DNA of 64,000 nt from Acidobacteriota bacterium. Its GTDB lineage: Bacteria; Acidobacteriota; UBA4820; DSQY01. The stretch is from NCBI GenBank assembly GCA_049967655.1, contig JBMFSH010000006.1, forward strand, positions 1-64,000. Reading direction: 5' to 3'. Below the pieces are notes generated by a model. That model saw only the letters and a list, made by a program, of their open reading frames with translations. It was not told where the DNA came from and made no database searches. Below are positions 51,759 to 60,859 of the stretch, piece by piece (the first letter of the stretch is position 1; every line of letters begins with the position of its first letter). Position numbers and translations under genes: made by a program.

Positions 51759-53812
51759 CAGAGTGCTCCCAGGCGAAACACAACGATCCCCGCCAGAATG
51801 GAGAGAGCTAGCAGCAAGAGAATGCTCACGAACGCCCACCGCCAACCTGCCTCCTGCTTGGTGGCCGCTACGGTGGAAACGCAGGGCAGAAAGGTCATTT
51901 GGACGACCAGAAACGCAAGAGCGGCCTGAGGGGTCATGGCGGAGGCCACGAGATGACCGAGCCCGGCCCGGTCATCCCCGGCAGCAAAGAGGACTCCCAA
52001 GGTCGCCACGGAGTTCTCTTTGGCAATGAAGCTCGTGAGCAGCGACACCAGTAGCCGCCAATCCCCCAGCCCCATCCACCGTCCGAACGGCACGAGCCAG
52101 CGTCCAAAGTCCGCTAGCAGGCTGTGGTTCATACCGGGTCCGGGATAGGCGCTGAGAGCCCAGACCACGGCCGAGACCGCCACGATGACGGTACCAGCCT
52201 TTTTGAGAAACCCTTGGATGTTGTTCCACACGAAGAGGCCGATGGTGCGAAGGTTCGGGGCGTGGTAAAGAGGCATTTCCATGATGAAGGCGCCGCGATG
52301 GCCCTTGAAGGCGAACCGGTTGAGGAGGACACCCAAAAAGACGAGCAGAAGCAAGTTTCCCGCCACGAGAGCCGTCATCACCCATGCCGCCGTTCGGGGG
52401 AAGAACACGGGGGCCAGGAAGGCCACCACCGAAAGCCGGGCTGTGCAGGGCACGAGGGGCACCAGGAGCAGGGTCAAGAGCCGGGAGCGGCGGTCCTCGA
52501 TGATTCGGGTTCCCAGGACCGCGGGAATGTTGCAGCCGAAGCCGAGGAAGAGGGGCATGAAAGACTTTCCGTGGAGCCCAAGGCGATGCATGAAACGGTC
52601 CATGACGTAGGCCATGCGGGCCATGTACCCAACATCCTCCAGGAAGCCGAGAAGAGCGAAGAATACGAGTAGGATGGGCAGGAAGGTGATGACCATCCCG
52701 GCACCGCCAATGAGCCCGTCTGTGACGAACCCAGAAAGCCACCGGGGAGCGCTCAACAGGAGCCCTCCCACCCACGGTGCCAACGTCCCCAGCATCCAGT
52801 GATCCAGCAAGTTGACCATGGGAGTGGCGATGGTGTAGGTCAGCCAGAAGGTGGCGGCGAGAATGGAAAACAGGATCCCCACGCCCCACAGGGGATGGGT
52901 GGCGAAGCGGTCGATGCGGTCCGTTATGGTAATGACGCCGGCCTTCGGGCGGGTGAGAGCAGCCCTAGCCATGCGGGCAATCCACTCGTAGCGGCCACCC
53001 GCAATATCAATGTAGGCATCCTCGTGGGCCATGAGGAGGGGGTGGATGCGCTGCCAAGCCCCGGGGGCCTTTTCTTGAACCATCCGGCTCAGCTCCGCAT
53101 CGCCCTCCAAGACTTTCATGGCCACGTAAGCGGGGGAATAAGGATCGGGAAGCTGGCCCTCGAGGGCCTCCTCGATGGCTTTCAGGATGGGACGATGGGC
53201 CTCTCGAATGGAGGGCATCTGCGGCGCAAACCGGTCTGGGTGGCGCGCCAACTCCAGGGCCACGGCAAGAAGCTCCAAGAGCCCTTCGTTCTTGGATGCC
53301 ACCAAGGGAATAACGGGCAGATGCAGGGCTGCCGACAGGACATTCGGCTCCACCTTGATCCCCTGGGCTTCGGCCACATCGAGCATGTTGAGCCCCACCA
53401 CGATGGGCCTGTCCAGGAGCAGCAGCTCGGCCACAAGGTAGAGGTTTCGCTCCAGCGCTGAGGCGTTCAGAAGCGCCACGACCACATCGGGTCGCTCCTT
53501 CAGGATGTAGTCCCGGGCTATTCGCTCTTCCTCCGAGTTAGCCGTGAGGCTGTAGGTACCGGGCAGATCTACAAGGCGGATGCGTTCTCCCTGAAAAGAA
53601 CATTCGCCCGTCTTCTGTTCCACCGTCTTGCCGGGCCAGTTCCCCACGTGCTGGCTCAGCCCCGTCAAGCGGTTGAAGACGGTCGACTTGCCTACGTTGG
53701 GCTGACCCGCCAGCGCAAGGGTGACGGCCGGTTTCGCGGCCGGCCCTCTCTCGGCTCCTCGAGCCGCTTGCCGGCCGCCGCTCGGCCGCTCGCCTCCGCA
53801 ATGGCCCTGCAT
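51752..53812 (-). CDS. feoB: Ferrous iron transport protein B
   Basis: GQPNVGKST, VGNWPGKT, DLPGTYSL, NMLD, EDVGY, GFGC, AKE, PC motifs. Confidence 0.96.
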   Translation of the reverse strand: MQGHCGGERPSGGRQAARGAERGPAAKPAVTLALAGQPNVGKSTVFNRLTGLSQHVGNWPGKTVEQKTGECSFQGERIRLVDLPGTYSLTANSEEERIARDYILKERPDVVVALLNASALERNLYLVAELLLLDRPIVVGLNMLDVAEAQGIKVEPNVLSAALHLPVIPLVASKNEGLLELLAVALELARHPDRFAPQMPSIREAHRPILKAIEEALEGQLPDPYSPAYVAMKVLEGDAELSRMVQEKAPGAWQRIHPLLMAHEDAYIDIAGGRYEWIARMARAALTRPKAGVITITDRIDRFATHPLWGVGILFSILAATFWLTYTIATPMVNLLDHWMLGTLAPWVGGLLLSAPRWLSGFVTDGLIGGAGMVITFLPILLVFFALLGFLEDVGYMARMAYVMDRFMHRLGLHGKSFMPLFLGFGCNIPAVLGTRIIEDRRSRLLTLLLVPLVPCTARLSVVAFLAPVFFPRTAAWVMTALVAGNLLLLVFLGVLLNRFAFKGHRGAFIMEMPLYHAPNLRTIGLFVWNNIQGFLKKAGTVIVAVSAVVWALSAYPGPGMNHSLLADFGRWLVPFGRWMGLGDWRLLVSLLTSFIAKENSVATLGVLFAAGDDRAGLGHLVASAMTPQAALAFLVVQMTFLPCVSTVAATKQEAGWRWAFVSILLLLALSILAGIVVFRLGALWC

Positions 53813-54048
53813 CAGGCCTCCCTGGGCTCCACGAGGACCTTGACCGCCTGGCCGCGCCCCAGAGCGATGCGGGTGTCCCGCACAGAGACGATGAGCGGCC
53901 CCCGCCCGTAGTTCTGCAAGACCTCGACCATCGCTCCCACCGTGAGCCCAAGTCCTGCCAGTTTTTGGGTAAGGCCCCTCCCCCCTAAAAGGCGCTGGAC
54001 CGTACCTCTGGACCCCGGTGGGAAGGCGGTCAAAGGCCGCGTGTTCAT
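53812..54048 (-). CDS. feoA: Ferrous iron transport protein A
   Basis: KLAGLGLTVG..V.V....GP......RIALGRG.A. Confidence 0.92.
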   Translation of the reverse strand: MNTRPLTAFPPGSRGTVQRLLGGRGLTQKLAGLGLTVGAMVEVLQNYGRGPLIVSVRDTRIALGRGQAVKVLVEPREA

Positions 54049-54608
54049 GGGGCTTCCTTTCCATGGATCATGGTTCTCTTGCTGCGGGTGCTTACAACAG
54101 TTCGGCCGGCATCGGCCGCCACGGCGGGCACCGCGCACGTTTCGCACTCGGGGTACTGCCCTCGATGGGGGCAGGCGAAACCGGTTCCGGCGACCCAGAG
54201 AGGGGCGCCGCGTGGGCAGCGGCCCAGATAGTCGGCGAAGGCGCAAAAGCGCTCGATGACCGTCGCCGACAGAACGTGTTCCATTCGGCAGGCGGCCGCC
54301 TCGGCGCTCTCCTCACCCAGGAGCAGGACTGCCGTCAGGAATCGCTTGAGAACACGGTGGCGGCGCGCCACCTCTCCCGCGATCCGCTTGCCCGAGGGGG
54401 TCAGCGTCACCGTTCCGTATGGCTTGTAACAGACTAGGCGTTTCTCCTTCAGGATGCGCAGAGCCCCGGTGACCGATGGCTTGGATACCGAGAGCCGGCT
54501 GGAAATATGGCTGACGCGTGCCATTCCCGTTTCTCGCTCCAAGGCCAGGATCGCCTCCAGGTAATCTTCCAGGCTTTCTCCAAGTCCCAGCCCTGTCCTC
54601 TCGGTCAT
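54045..54608 (-). CDS. DtxR/MntR family metal-dependent regulator with Cys-rich tail
   Basis: EDYLEAI, VSKPSVT, RRH..L..FL, ACRMEH. Confidence 0.93.
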   Translation of the reverse strand: MTERTGLGLGESLEDYLEAILALERETGMARVSHISSRLSVSKPSVTGALRILKEKRLVCYKPYGTVTLTPSGKRIAGEVARRHRVLKRFLTAVLLLGEESAEAAACRMEHVLSATVIERFCAFADYLGRCPRGAPLWVAGTGFACPHRGQYPECETCAVPAVAADAGRTVVSTRSKRTMIHGKEAP

Positions 54609-54633
54609 GGCCGCCTCCTTGTTCAGGTATCCT

Positions 54634-54662
54634 AATATAGTTAGGAGATACTAACTCGTCAA
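54634..54662 (-). promoter_or_regulatory. dtxR-feo promoter with a DtxR-type palindrome in the spacer
   Basis: Minus-strand TTGACG-17-TATATT; AGTTAG-gagata-CTAACT at 54639-54656. Confidence 0.75.
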
Positions 54663-54772
54663 GTGCGATGAGCCGGAGGAACGGCACGGGGCGAGTGTAG
54701 GGAACTCCTCCGGGACCACCTGGGGCTGTGGCGCGCTGCATCAAGCAAGGAGATAAGGAGGTAATTCAGGCC

Positions 54773-54810
54773 CGCTCATTGGGTGCGCTCATTGGGTCGC
54801 TCATTGGGTG
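54773..54810 (+). repeat. Three tandem copies of CGCTCATTGGGT(G)
   Basis: Units at 54773, 54786 and 54798. Confidence 0.9.
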
Positions 54811-54813
54811 CGT

Positions 54814-54873
54814 TTGCTTTCCTTCGCGGCGGACACTATAATAATGATGATAGCGATAATGATAATTGTTACC
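54814..54873 (+). promoter_or_regulatory. fur-family promoter with Fur box
   Basis: TTGCTT-17-TATAAT; GATAATGATAATTGTTACC (54855-54873) matches 16 of 19 positions of the Fur consensus. Confidence 0.8.
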
Positions 54874-54890
54874 ATCATTGCGAGACCTTG

Positions 54891-55343
54891 ATGAGGTTCC
54901 CATCGGTGCCGAGGCCTTTTCAATACCGAGATTCCATCTTGGCCCTTTTGAAGGACAACCCGATCCACCCCACCGTGGACTGGATCCACGCTCAGCTCCG
55001 GCGGGGCCACCCGAGGGTGAGTCTGGCCACAGTGTACCGAACTCTCAAGACCCTCGTGGCGGATGGCACGCTGTGCGAGCTGCCCTTTGGGACAAGTGAG
55101 AGCCGGTTCGGGTTAACGCTAGAGCAGAAGCACTACCACTTCATCTGCGAACAATGCCACAAGATCTACGATCTTCCGACGCGCCCCAGAATGACTCTTG
55201 AACAATCCGTTCAGGCGGAGACGGGCCACCAGGTCCGCCGGCACACCATTGAATTTTACGGTATGTGCCGGGAGTGCGCCGAGGAACCAGCCTCGGTACC
55301 CTCCTCGCAAAGTACGCCGAAGCGAAAGGAGAAGACCCAATGA
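54891..55343 (+). CDS. Fur/PerR family transcriptional regulator
   Basis: HPT, SLATVYRTL, HYHFICEQC, GMCREC. Confidence 0.93.
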   Translation: MRFPSVPRPFQYRDSILALLKDNPIHPTVDWIHAQLRRGHPRVSLATVYRTLKTLVADGTLCELPFGTSESRFGLTLEQKHYHFICEQCHKIYDLPTRPRMTLEQSVQAETGHQVRRHTIEFYGMCRECAEEPASVPSSQSTPKRKEKTQ

Positions 55344-55762
55344 AACTCACCAAGAAGGCTCTGCTTAAGGAATTGAACAAGGACTTGGAATGGGAATACG
55401 CCGCCGCCATCCAGTACGTCCAGCACGCGGCCCTCATCACCGGCCCCGAGTACGAAAGCATCACGAAGGAAATCCTTGTCCACAGTCAGGAGGAGATGCA
55501 ACACGCCGTCTCCCTGTCTGATCAGATCGCGTTCCTGGGAGGAATTCCAACGGTGGATGTGGAGCGCCGGGATGTCTCCTCCGACAGCAAAAAGATGCTC
55601 GAACAGGACCTTTGGGGAGAGGATAACGCCATCACTCGCTACAAGGAGCGGATCGGGCAAGCCGAAGCCCTCAAAGAGTACGGTTTGAGGCGGGCTCTCG
55701 AGGACATTCTCCTCATGGAAGAGGAGCACAAGCGCGATCTGCTCACCGTATTGCGCAAATAA
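55340..55762 (+). CDS. Ferritin-like / bacterioferritin-like diiron protein
   Basis: E..A..QY, EEMQHA, LGG.P, E..A...Y, EEEH. Confidence 0.9.
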   Translation: MKLTKKALLKELNKDLEWEYAAAIQYVQHAALITGPEYESITKEILVHSQEEMQHAVSLSDQIAFLGGIPTVDVERRDVSSDSKKMLEQDLWGEDNAITRYKERIGQAEALKEYGLRRALEDILLMEEEHKRDLLTVLRK

Positions 55763-55939
55763 CAGCGGTTGCCACGTGCAAGAGAGCCACTCATGCGGCA
55801 GCAGAGCTGACGTGAGGAAGGTGAAACGCCCTACGGAGATTGTCCCCGCAACGTTATGTCGCGGCATGCGTTTCGTCCCTTCCCTCCACCCTCCACGCTT
55901 CGCTCTCCTCGCGAAAATGGCCATTCCGATTTCCCGATG

Positions 55940-56110
55940 GCTTGGAGACGGGCGCCAGGCGCGGTGAGATCCTGGGGCTCCGCTGGGCGGACGTGGAACC
56001 CGCCAGCAGGGTAGCCGCCCTCGACGGAACCCTGGCCAAGGCCCAGAGAACCCGCCACATCTTCCTGAACGAGAGCGTCGTCGCGGTCCTGGACACCCTC
56101 AAGTCGCGGA
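55940..56110 (+). pseudogene. Tyrosine integrase fragment
   Basis: LETGARRGEILGLRWADV..AK..RTR.I.LN covers box I and the Lys loop; no HxxR or Tyr; next to the tRNA 3' end. Confidence 0.8.
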
Positions 56111-56190
56111 AAAGTTGCAATGCGAAAGCGGCCCCTTGCGAGGCCGCCTCTGAAGCTTCTTCTAACTCTATGGAAATTAAGGGATAATTC

Positions 56191-56267
56191 TGGTCGGGAC
56201 GACTGGATTTGAACCAGCGACCCCTTGCACCCCAAGCAAGTGCGCTACCAGGCTGCGCCACGTCCCG
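56191..56267 (-). tRNA. tRNA-Pro (GGG)
   Basis: CGGGACG acceptor stem, TGGCGCAGCCTGGTAGCGC D arm, CTTGC-TTGGGGT-GCAAG anticodon arm, GGTTCAAATCC, encoded CCA. Confidence 0.97.
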
Positions 56268-56326
56268 ACCGGCCGACTCGGGGCCGAAGCTCCAAACCGG
56301 CACGGGATTTATACCACGGGGGCGCG

Positions 56327-56755
56327 TCACCTGTCAAAAGGGGAAGGGCGGCTCAACAAGGAGCTCAGCCGGGAGAGCCCCTCCCGAAGCCGGCCCAGCA
56401 CCTCTCCCGGCTCGCGCTGCTGAAGGGCCTCTCCCCTGACCTTGCGGGTCGACGAGAGAAAGTCCCGCGCTCCGCGGAGCGTGAACTTCTTCTCGTAGAG
56501 AAGCTCCTTGATCTGCAGAACGGCCTCGATGTCCCGCCTCCTGTAGAGCCGATGTCCCGATTGGGTCTTGTTGGGGCTCAACTGGGGGAACTGCTTCTCC
56601 CAGAACCTCAGGACGTGTGAGGGAACGCCGGTAATGTCGCAGACCTCGCCGATCTTGTAGTAGAGCTTCTGCGGGACCTGCTCCAAGGAGAAACGGGGCC
56701 CGGCCTCGCTTCTTTTTCTGGCCGCATTTTTCATGGATTCTTTCCGCCTGGCCAC
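56327..56755 (-). CDS. MerR family transcriptional regulator
   Basis: KLYYKIGEV..HVLRFWE..F..L.P.K..GHRLY; common ihf-merR-tRNA-Pro order. Confidence 0.92.
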   Translation of the reverse strand: MARRKESMKNAARKRSEAGPRFSLEQVPQKLYYKIGEVCDITGVPSHVLRFWEKQFPQLSPNKTQSGHRLYRRRDIEAVLQIKELLYEKKFTLRGARDFLSSTRKVRGEALQQREPGEVLGRLREGLSRLSSLLSRPSPFDR

Positions 56756-57009
56756 TTTCGCGACGGCACGAAGACGACGGTCTTGCGCGAGGGTATTCGC
56801 ACCGGGGTCCCCTTTCCCATGTCCCGCCCCATCCGCGCCTTCCTCTCGACCACCTTGAAGGTGCCGAAACCCGAAATGACCAGCCTCCCCGTTTCCGAGA
56901 GCCCGGAGGTCATCCCCTGAATGACCTCTTCGACCAGCACTTGGGCCGCCTGGTAGGTGATGCCGCCATGGGCCATGTAGACCCGCCTGGCCAGTTCCGC
57001 GCGCGTCAT
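56731..57009 (-). CDS. HU/IHF family DNA-binding protein (IHF alpha-like position)
   Basis: MTRAELA, ISGFGTF, RMGR, F.PS. Confidence 0.85.
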   Translation of the reverse strand: MTRAELARRVYMAHGGITYQAAQVLVEEVIQGMTSGLSETGRLVISGFGTFKVVERKARMGRDMGKGTPVRIPSRKTVVFVPSRKWPGGKNP

Positions 57010-57156
57010 AACGCCTCCCTTGTGCAGATTATATACCACAACCCCCTCACTTTCAATGAAAAAGGCTTCGCCGCCACGGGGCGCAAGCAAAGTGGTCGCA
57101 GTAGCCGTGAACAGAGAATCCAGCCACTGGTAACGGGCGGCTCCATCGAGGATGAA

Positions 57157-57945
57157 TCACATTGGAACGGTGTGATTGAGCGGTCCTTTTCCCTTGCCAA
57201 TCTGGAAGGGGTGCTGCATGGCCTTGGCGAGGTACTTCTTCGCGCGATCAATCGCCTCGCCCATCACGATCCCGCGCGTGAGCAGAGCACAGATCACGGC
57301 GGAGAAGGTCGTGCCCAGGCCCAGGGTGTTTCTGGACGGCAGGCGGACCGCGTCGAAGATGTGATCGTTGGTCCCGTCGTACCAGAGATCCATGGCCCTG
57401 GGTCCTTCGAAGCCACCTCCCGTGATGATCACGTGCCTTGCTCCCTTGCCGTGAAGAAGGCGGGCGGCCTCCTTGGCGGAAGGGACGTCCCTTACGGAAA
57501 TTCCGGAGAGGATTTCGGCCTCGCGGCGGTTCGGCGTCAAAACGTGCGCAAGGGGCAGGACCTTCTCGATCAACAGCGGCACCCCCGACGGTTCCAGCAG
57601 GGGCTCGCCGGTGGCTGCGTACAAGACGGGATCCACCACGATCAAGCCCTTCAGCCCGAATGCTTCCAGCAAACTCGCCACGATCTGCACGTTGGCCGCC
57701 GTGGCCAGCACGCCCACTTTCACGGCCTGCACGGAGATATCGCTCACGACCGCTTCGATCTGCTGGCCGACGATCTCCATCGGCACCGGGTGCAGAGCCT
57801 GGATACCCAGCGTGTTCTGGGCGGCTATGGCGGTGACGACGGCCGTCCCGTAGACCCGGAAGGCTTGAAAGGTCTTGAGGTCTGCCGGGACGCCCGTGGC
57901 CCCAGAGGCATCGAAAGCCGAGATGCTGAGCACGGTCTTGTTCAT
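57157..57945 (-). CDS. thiD: Hydroxymethylpyrimidine/phosphomethylpyrimidine kinase-like protein
   Basis: ADLKTF, AQNT, VKVG, VDPV, TPN..EA, GKG.GPLNH; some motifs diverged. Confidence 0.8.
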   Translation of the reverse strand: MNKTVLSISAFDASGATGVPADLKTFQAFRVYGTAVVTAIAAQNTLGIQALHPVPMEIVGQQIEAVVSDISVQAVKVGVLATAANVQIVASLLEAFGLKGLIVVDPVLYAATGEPLLEPSGVPLLIEKVLPLAHVLTPNRREAEILSGISVRDVPSAKEAARLLHGKGARHVIITGGGFEGPRAMDLWYDGTNDHIFDAVRLPSRNTLGLGTTFSAVICALLTRGIVMGEAIDRAKKYLAKAMQHPFQIGKGKGPLNHTVPM

Positions 57946-58289
57946 TGCCCCTCTTCCTCCTGCCAGGCGGGGAGATTATATACCCTGCACCGGGGGGGGT
58001 AAAATGCCCTCCCTCGTGGGGAAGGCTCGTTTAGTCTGGGGCCAGCCATGAGCCCCGCCCTTCCCCGGGTGGAGGGGTCTTGACAGGGGGGGGGCGGCGG
58101 GTGTAGAGTTCATGGCCGTGAGAATCCCCCGAACATACGGGGGGGCAGGGTGTGAGAACTTATGTTCTTGTGCGCTCCCGAGGTCGACCCAGAGAATCCA
58201 GCCCCCCGGCGCGAAATGAGCCTACAAGTTTCGGCATAAGATGGCTTATGCCGGTAGTCCGGTTTTTGCTTGGAAAGGAGAGAAGGAAA

Positions 58290-58916
58290 ATGAGAAAGCT
58301 CACCGCTAGCCTCCTGGTTCTGGCCCTTGCTGCGCTGGTTGCCTGCGCCAAGCCGCCGCAGCAGCAGATCGACGCCGCCAAGGCCGCCCTCCAGGCCGCC
58401 AAGGCCGCCCAGGCCGACGTTTACGCCCCCGACGCCCTCAAGGCCGCCGAGGACAAGGCTGCCGCCCTGGACACTGAACTCGCCGCTCAGCAGAGCAAGT
58501 TCTTCAAGAGCTACAAGGTGGCCACCCAGCTGACCACCGAGTTGCAGCAGCTGGCCGACACGGCCAAGCAGGACGCCATCGCCGGCAAGGCGAAGGCCAA
58601 GGCCGATGCTGAAGCTTCCATCACCGCCGCCGACGCTTCCGTCACCGCCGCACGCGAAGCCCTGAAGACCGCCCCCAAGGGCAAGGGCTCCAAGGCTGAT
58701 CTTGAAGCCATGACCAAGGACGTCGACGATGCCGCCGCGGCCATCGAGACCGCCAAGTCCGACGCCACCGCCGAGAAGTACATGGAAGCCAAGACCACGG
58801 CCGACAGCGCCAAGGCTAAGGCCGACAACGTCGTCCAGCAGGTCGAGCAGGCCAAGGCACTGAAAAAGAGCAGCATCCCTGCTCACAAGGCCCCGGCCCA
58901 CAAGGGAAAGAAGTAA
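58290..58916 (+). CDS. Ala/Lys-rich helical lipoprotein (DUF4398-like)
   Basis: Lipobox LVA-C, coiled-coil character, strong RBS and codon bias, ends HKGKK. Confidence 0.85.
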   Translation: MRKLTASLLVLALAALVACAKPPQQQIDAAKAALQAAKAAQADVYAPDALKAAEDKAAALDTELAAQQSKFFKSYKVATQLTTELQQLADTAKQDAIAGKAKAKADAEASITAADASVTAAREALKTAPKGKGSKADLEAMTKDVDDAAAAIETAKSDATAEKYMEAKTTADSAKAKADNVVQQVEQAKALKKSSIPAHKAPAHKGKK

Positions 58917-58931
58917 CCGTTTTCCCGCGAA

Positions 58932-58965
58932 GAAAAAGGGGGCGGCGTTGCCGCCCCCTTTTTTT
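58932..58965 (+). terminator. Terminator after the lipoprotein gene
   Basis: aaaaagggggcggc / gccgcccccttttt stem with T run. Confidence 0.85.
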
Positions 58966-58976
58966 GGGGATCTGGT

Positions 58977-60128
58977 GTGAAGAAGCGGAAAACGACCCGT
59001 AGAATCATCCTGTTGATCATCCTGTGCGCCATCATCTGGTCCGCTTCGGAGTGGCTGGTCCCTCTCCTGGACGGGAGCCAATCCCCGCCCCTGGACCCCA
59101 CGGGGAAGGGAGCCGAGACCCTCCTCTTCGCCGCCCGGCGGGAGGGCGCCGAGCAGCTCTATCCGCAGCGATTTATGGCGTGCCAGGACGCTCTTAAGGA
59201 GGCACGCTTCGAAACCAACCTCCAGCTGGCTTCCCAGTGGGGGACCAGAGATTTCGTCCGGCCCCAGCGCCTCCTGGACGAAGCCCAGGCCCAAGCCTTC
59301 GGTCTTTGGAAGGACGCCGTTGAGCACAGGCGCGAGGTGAGACCGGAGGCGGAGGCCATGATCGCCAGGGCCGACGACTCGCTTCAAAGAAGCGAGGAGG
59401 TGGCCGACCTCAGCCGCCAGGACTATTACACGCGAGGGCACCTGGCCACGGCATTCATGCTGCTTCACCAAGCCCAGTCCTACTATGGCGCTGGCCAGTA
59501 CGACAGGGCCCTCTCCGCCGCAAGCAGCTCTCTGGAGAACAGCAGCAGGGCCCTCAGCCGGTCTCGCGAATACCTGGAGCGCTTCGATGACCCCCACCAT
59601 CTTCGGCTGTGGGAGTTGTGGATCCGCGAGGCGGTCGCCTCATCGAGGAGCACCGGGATTGCCTTCGTGGTGATCAAGGAGAAACACAGGCTGGATGTCT
59701 ACAAGAACGGCCGTCTCGCCCAGTCGTTCCCCGTCGATCTCGGTGCCAATTCCGTGAGCCAGAAGGAGAGGGCCGGAGACAGAGCCACTCCCGAGGGGCT
59801 GTACCGCATCATCCGAAAGAAGGGCCGGGGGGCCACCAAGTACGGGCTCGCGCTCCTCCTCAACTACCCGAACGAAGAGGACCGCCGGCGGTTCGCCGAG
59901 ATGAAGGCCCGTGGGCAGTTGACGCGCCGCACTGGCATCGGTGGCCTCATCGAGATACACGGAACGGGGGGCAGGGGCTATGATTGGACCGACGGATGCA
60001 TAGCCCCGAATGACGAGAACATGGAAAGGCTGTATCATGAGGCGGTGATCGGGACGGTGGTGGCCATCGTGGGCAGCGACGGCAGCGGAGGCCCGATCCG
60101 ATCGGCTCTGATGGAAACGAGGCGATGA
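58977..60128 (+). CDS. L,D-transpeptidase (YkuD) with N-terminal anchor and helical domain
   Basis: K..AGDRATPEG.Y, LNYPN, IEIHG...WTDGCIA. Confidence 0.9.
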   Translation: MKKRKTTRRIILLIILCAIIWSASEWLVPLLDGSQSPPLDPTGKGAETLLFAARREGAEQLYPQRFMACQDALKEARFETNLQLASQWGTRDFVRPQRLLDEAQAQAFGLWKDAVEHRREVRPEAEAMIARADDSLQRSEEVADLSRQDYYTRGHLATAFMLLHQAQSYYGAGQYDRALSAASSSLENSSRALSRSREYLERFDDPHHLRLWELWIREAVASSRSTGIAFVVIKEKHRLDVYKNGRLAQSFPVDLGANSVSQKERAGDRATPEGLYRIIRKKGRGATKYGLALLLNYPNEEDRRRFAEMKARGQLTRRTGIGGLIEIHGTGGRGYDWTDGCIAPNDENMERLYHEAVIGTVVAIVGSDGSGGPIRSALMETRR

Positions 60129-60859
60129 GCGACAACGACACCGATCACTCTTCTCCCCTTTTGCGCGGCATCGAATCGACCAAGAAGGAGCACGCGAGGC
60201 GTGTCCGCCGCACCGTCCTGGTCCTCCTCATCGGCACCGGTCTGCTTTGCGCGGCCGTCGTCCTCTTCGTGCTGTCGACGGGATACGGCTACGCGGACCT
60301 GAATGCGGCCTACATCTCCCGGCACAGCATGGAGGTGCCTCAGACGGGGCCGGTACTGCCCGAGAAGATCCTGGATATGGCCGAAAAGAAACTGGACCAA
60401 GTGAGGCCCAAGGGCATTTTCGTGGTGGTGGACCACATTCGCAACCACCTCTACCTGCGCGACGGAGACAAGGTCATCCTCGATGCCCTCTGCTCGGCCG
60501 GAGCTGGAACTTTGCTGACCGATCCGAAATCGGACCGCCACTGGGTATTCGACACACCCGTGGGCCGTTTCTTCGTCCGGGACAAGCGCAAGGATCCCAC
60601 TTGGACGGCGCCCGATTGGGACTACATCGAATCGGGCGAACCCTTTCCCAAGAACTATGCGGACCGAGTGCAGGAGGGGATGCTGGGTGAGTACGCCCTG
60701 GATTTGGGCGGAGGACCGTCGGGCTACATGATCCATGGCACGCTCTACACCCGCCTCCTGGGACGCAATGTGAGCCACGGGTGCGTAAGGGTCGGGCGGG
60801 ACGACCTCCGCATCATCTGGCAGAAGGTGCCCGTCGGGGCCACGGTGTTCATGTACTGA
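60125..60859 (+). CDS. L,D-transpeptidase (YkuD)
   Basis: TM helix, TPVG.F, P.W..PDW, YMIHGT...VSHGCVR. Confidence 0.92.
   Translation: MSDNDTDHSSPLLRGIESTKKEHARRVRRTVLVLLIGTGLLCAAVVLFVLSTGYGYADLNAAYISRHSMEVPQTGPVLPEKILDMAEKKLDQVRPKGIFVVVDHIRNHLYLRDGDKVILDALCSAGAGTLLTDPKSDRHWVFDTPVGRFFVRDKRKDPTWTAPDWDYIESGEPFPKNYADRVQEGMLGEYALDLGGGPSGYMIHGTLYTRLLGRNVSHGCVRVGRDDLRIIWQKVPVGATVFMY

Noticed and set aside
54773..54810. CRISPR array
   Set aside because: Units are only 12-13 bp with no spacers, and there are no cas genes
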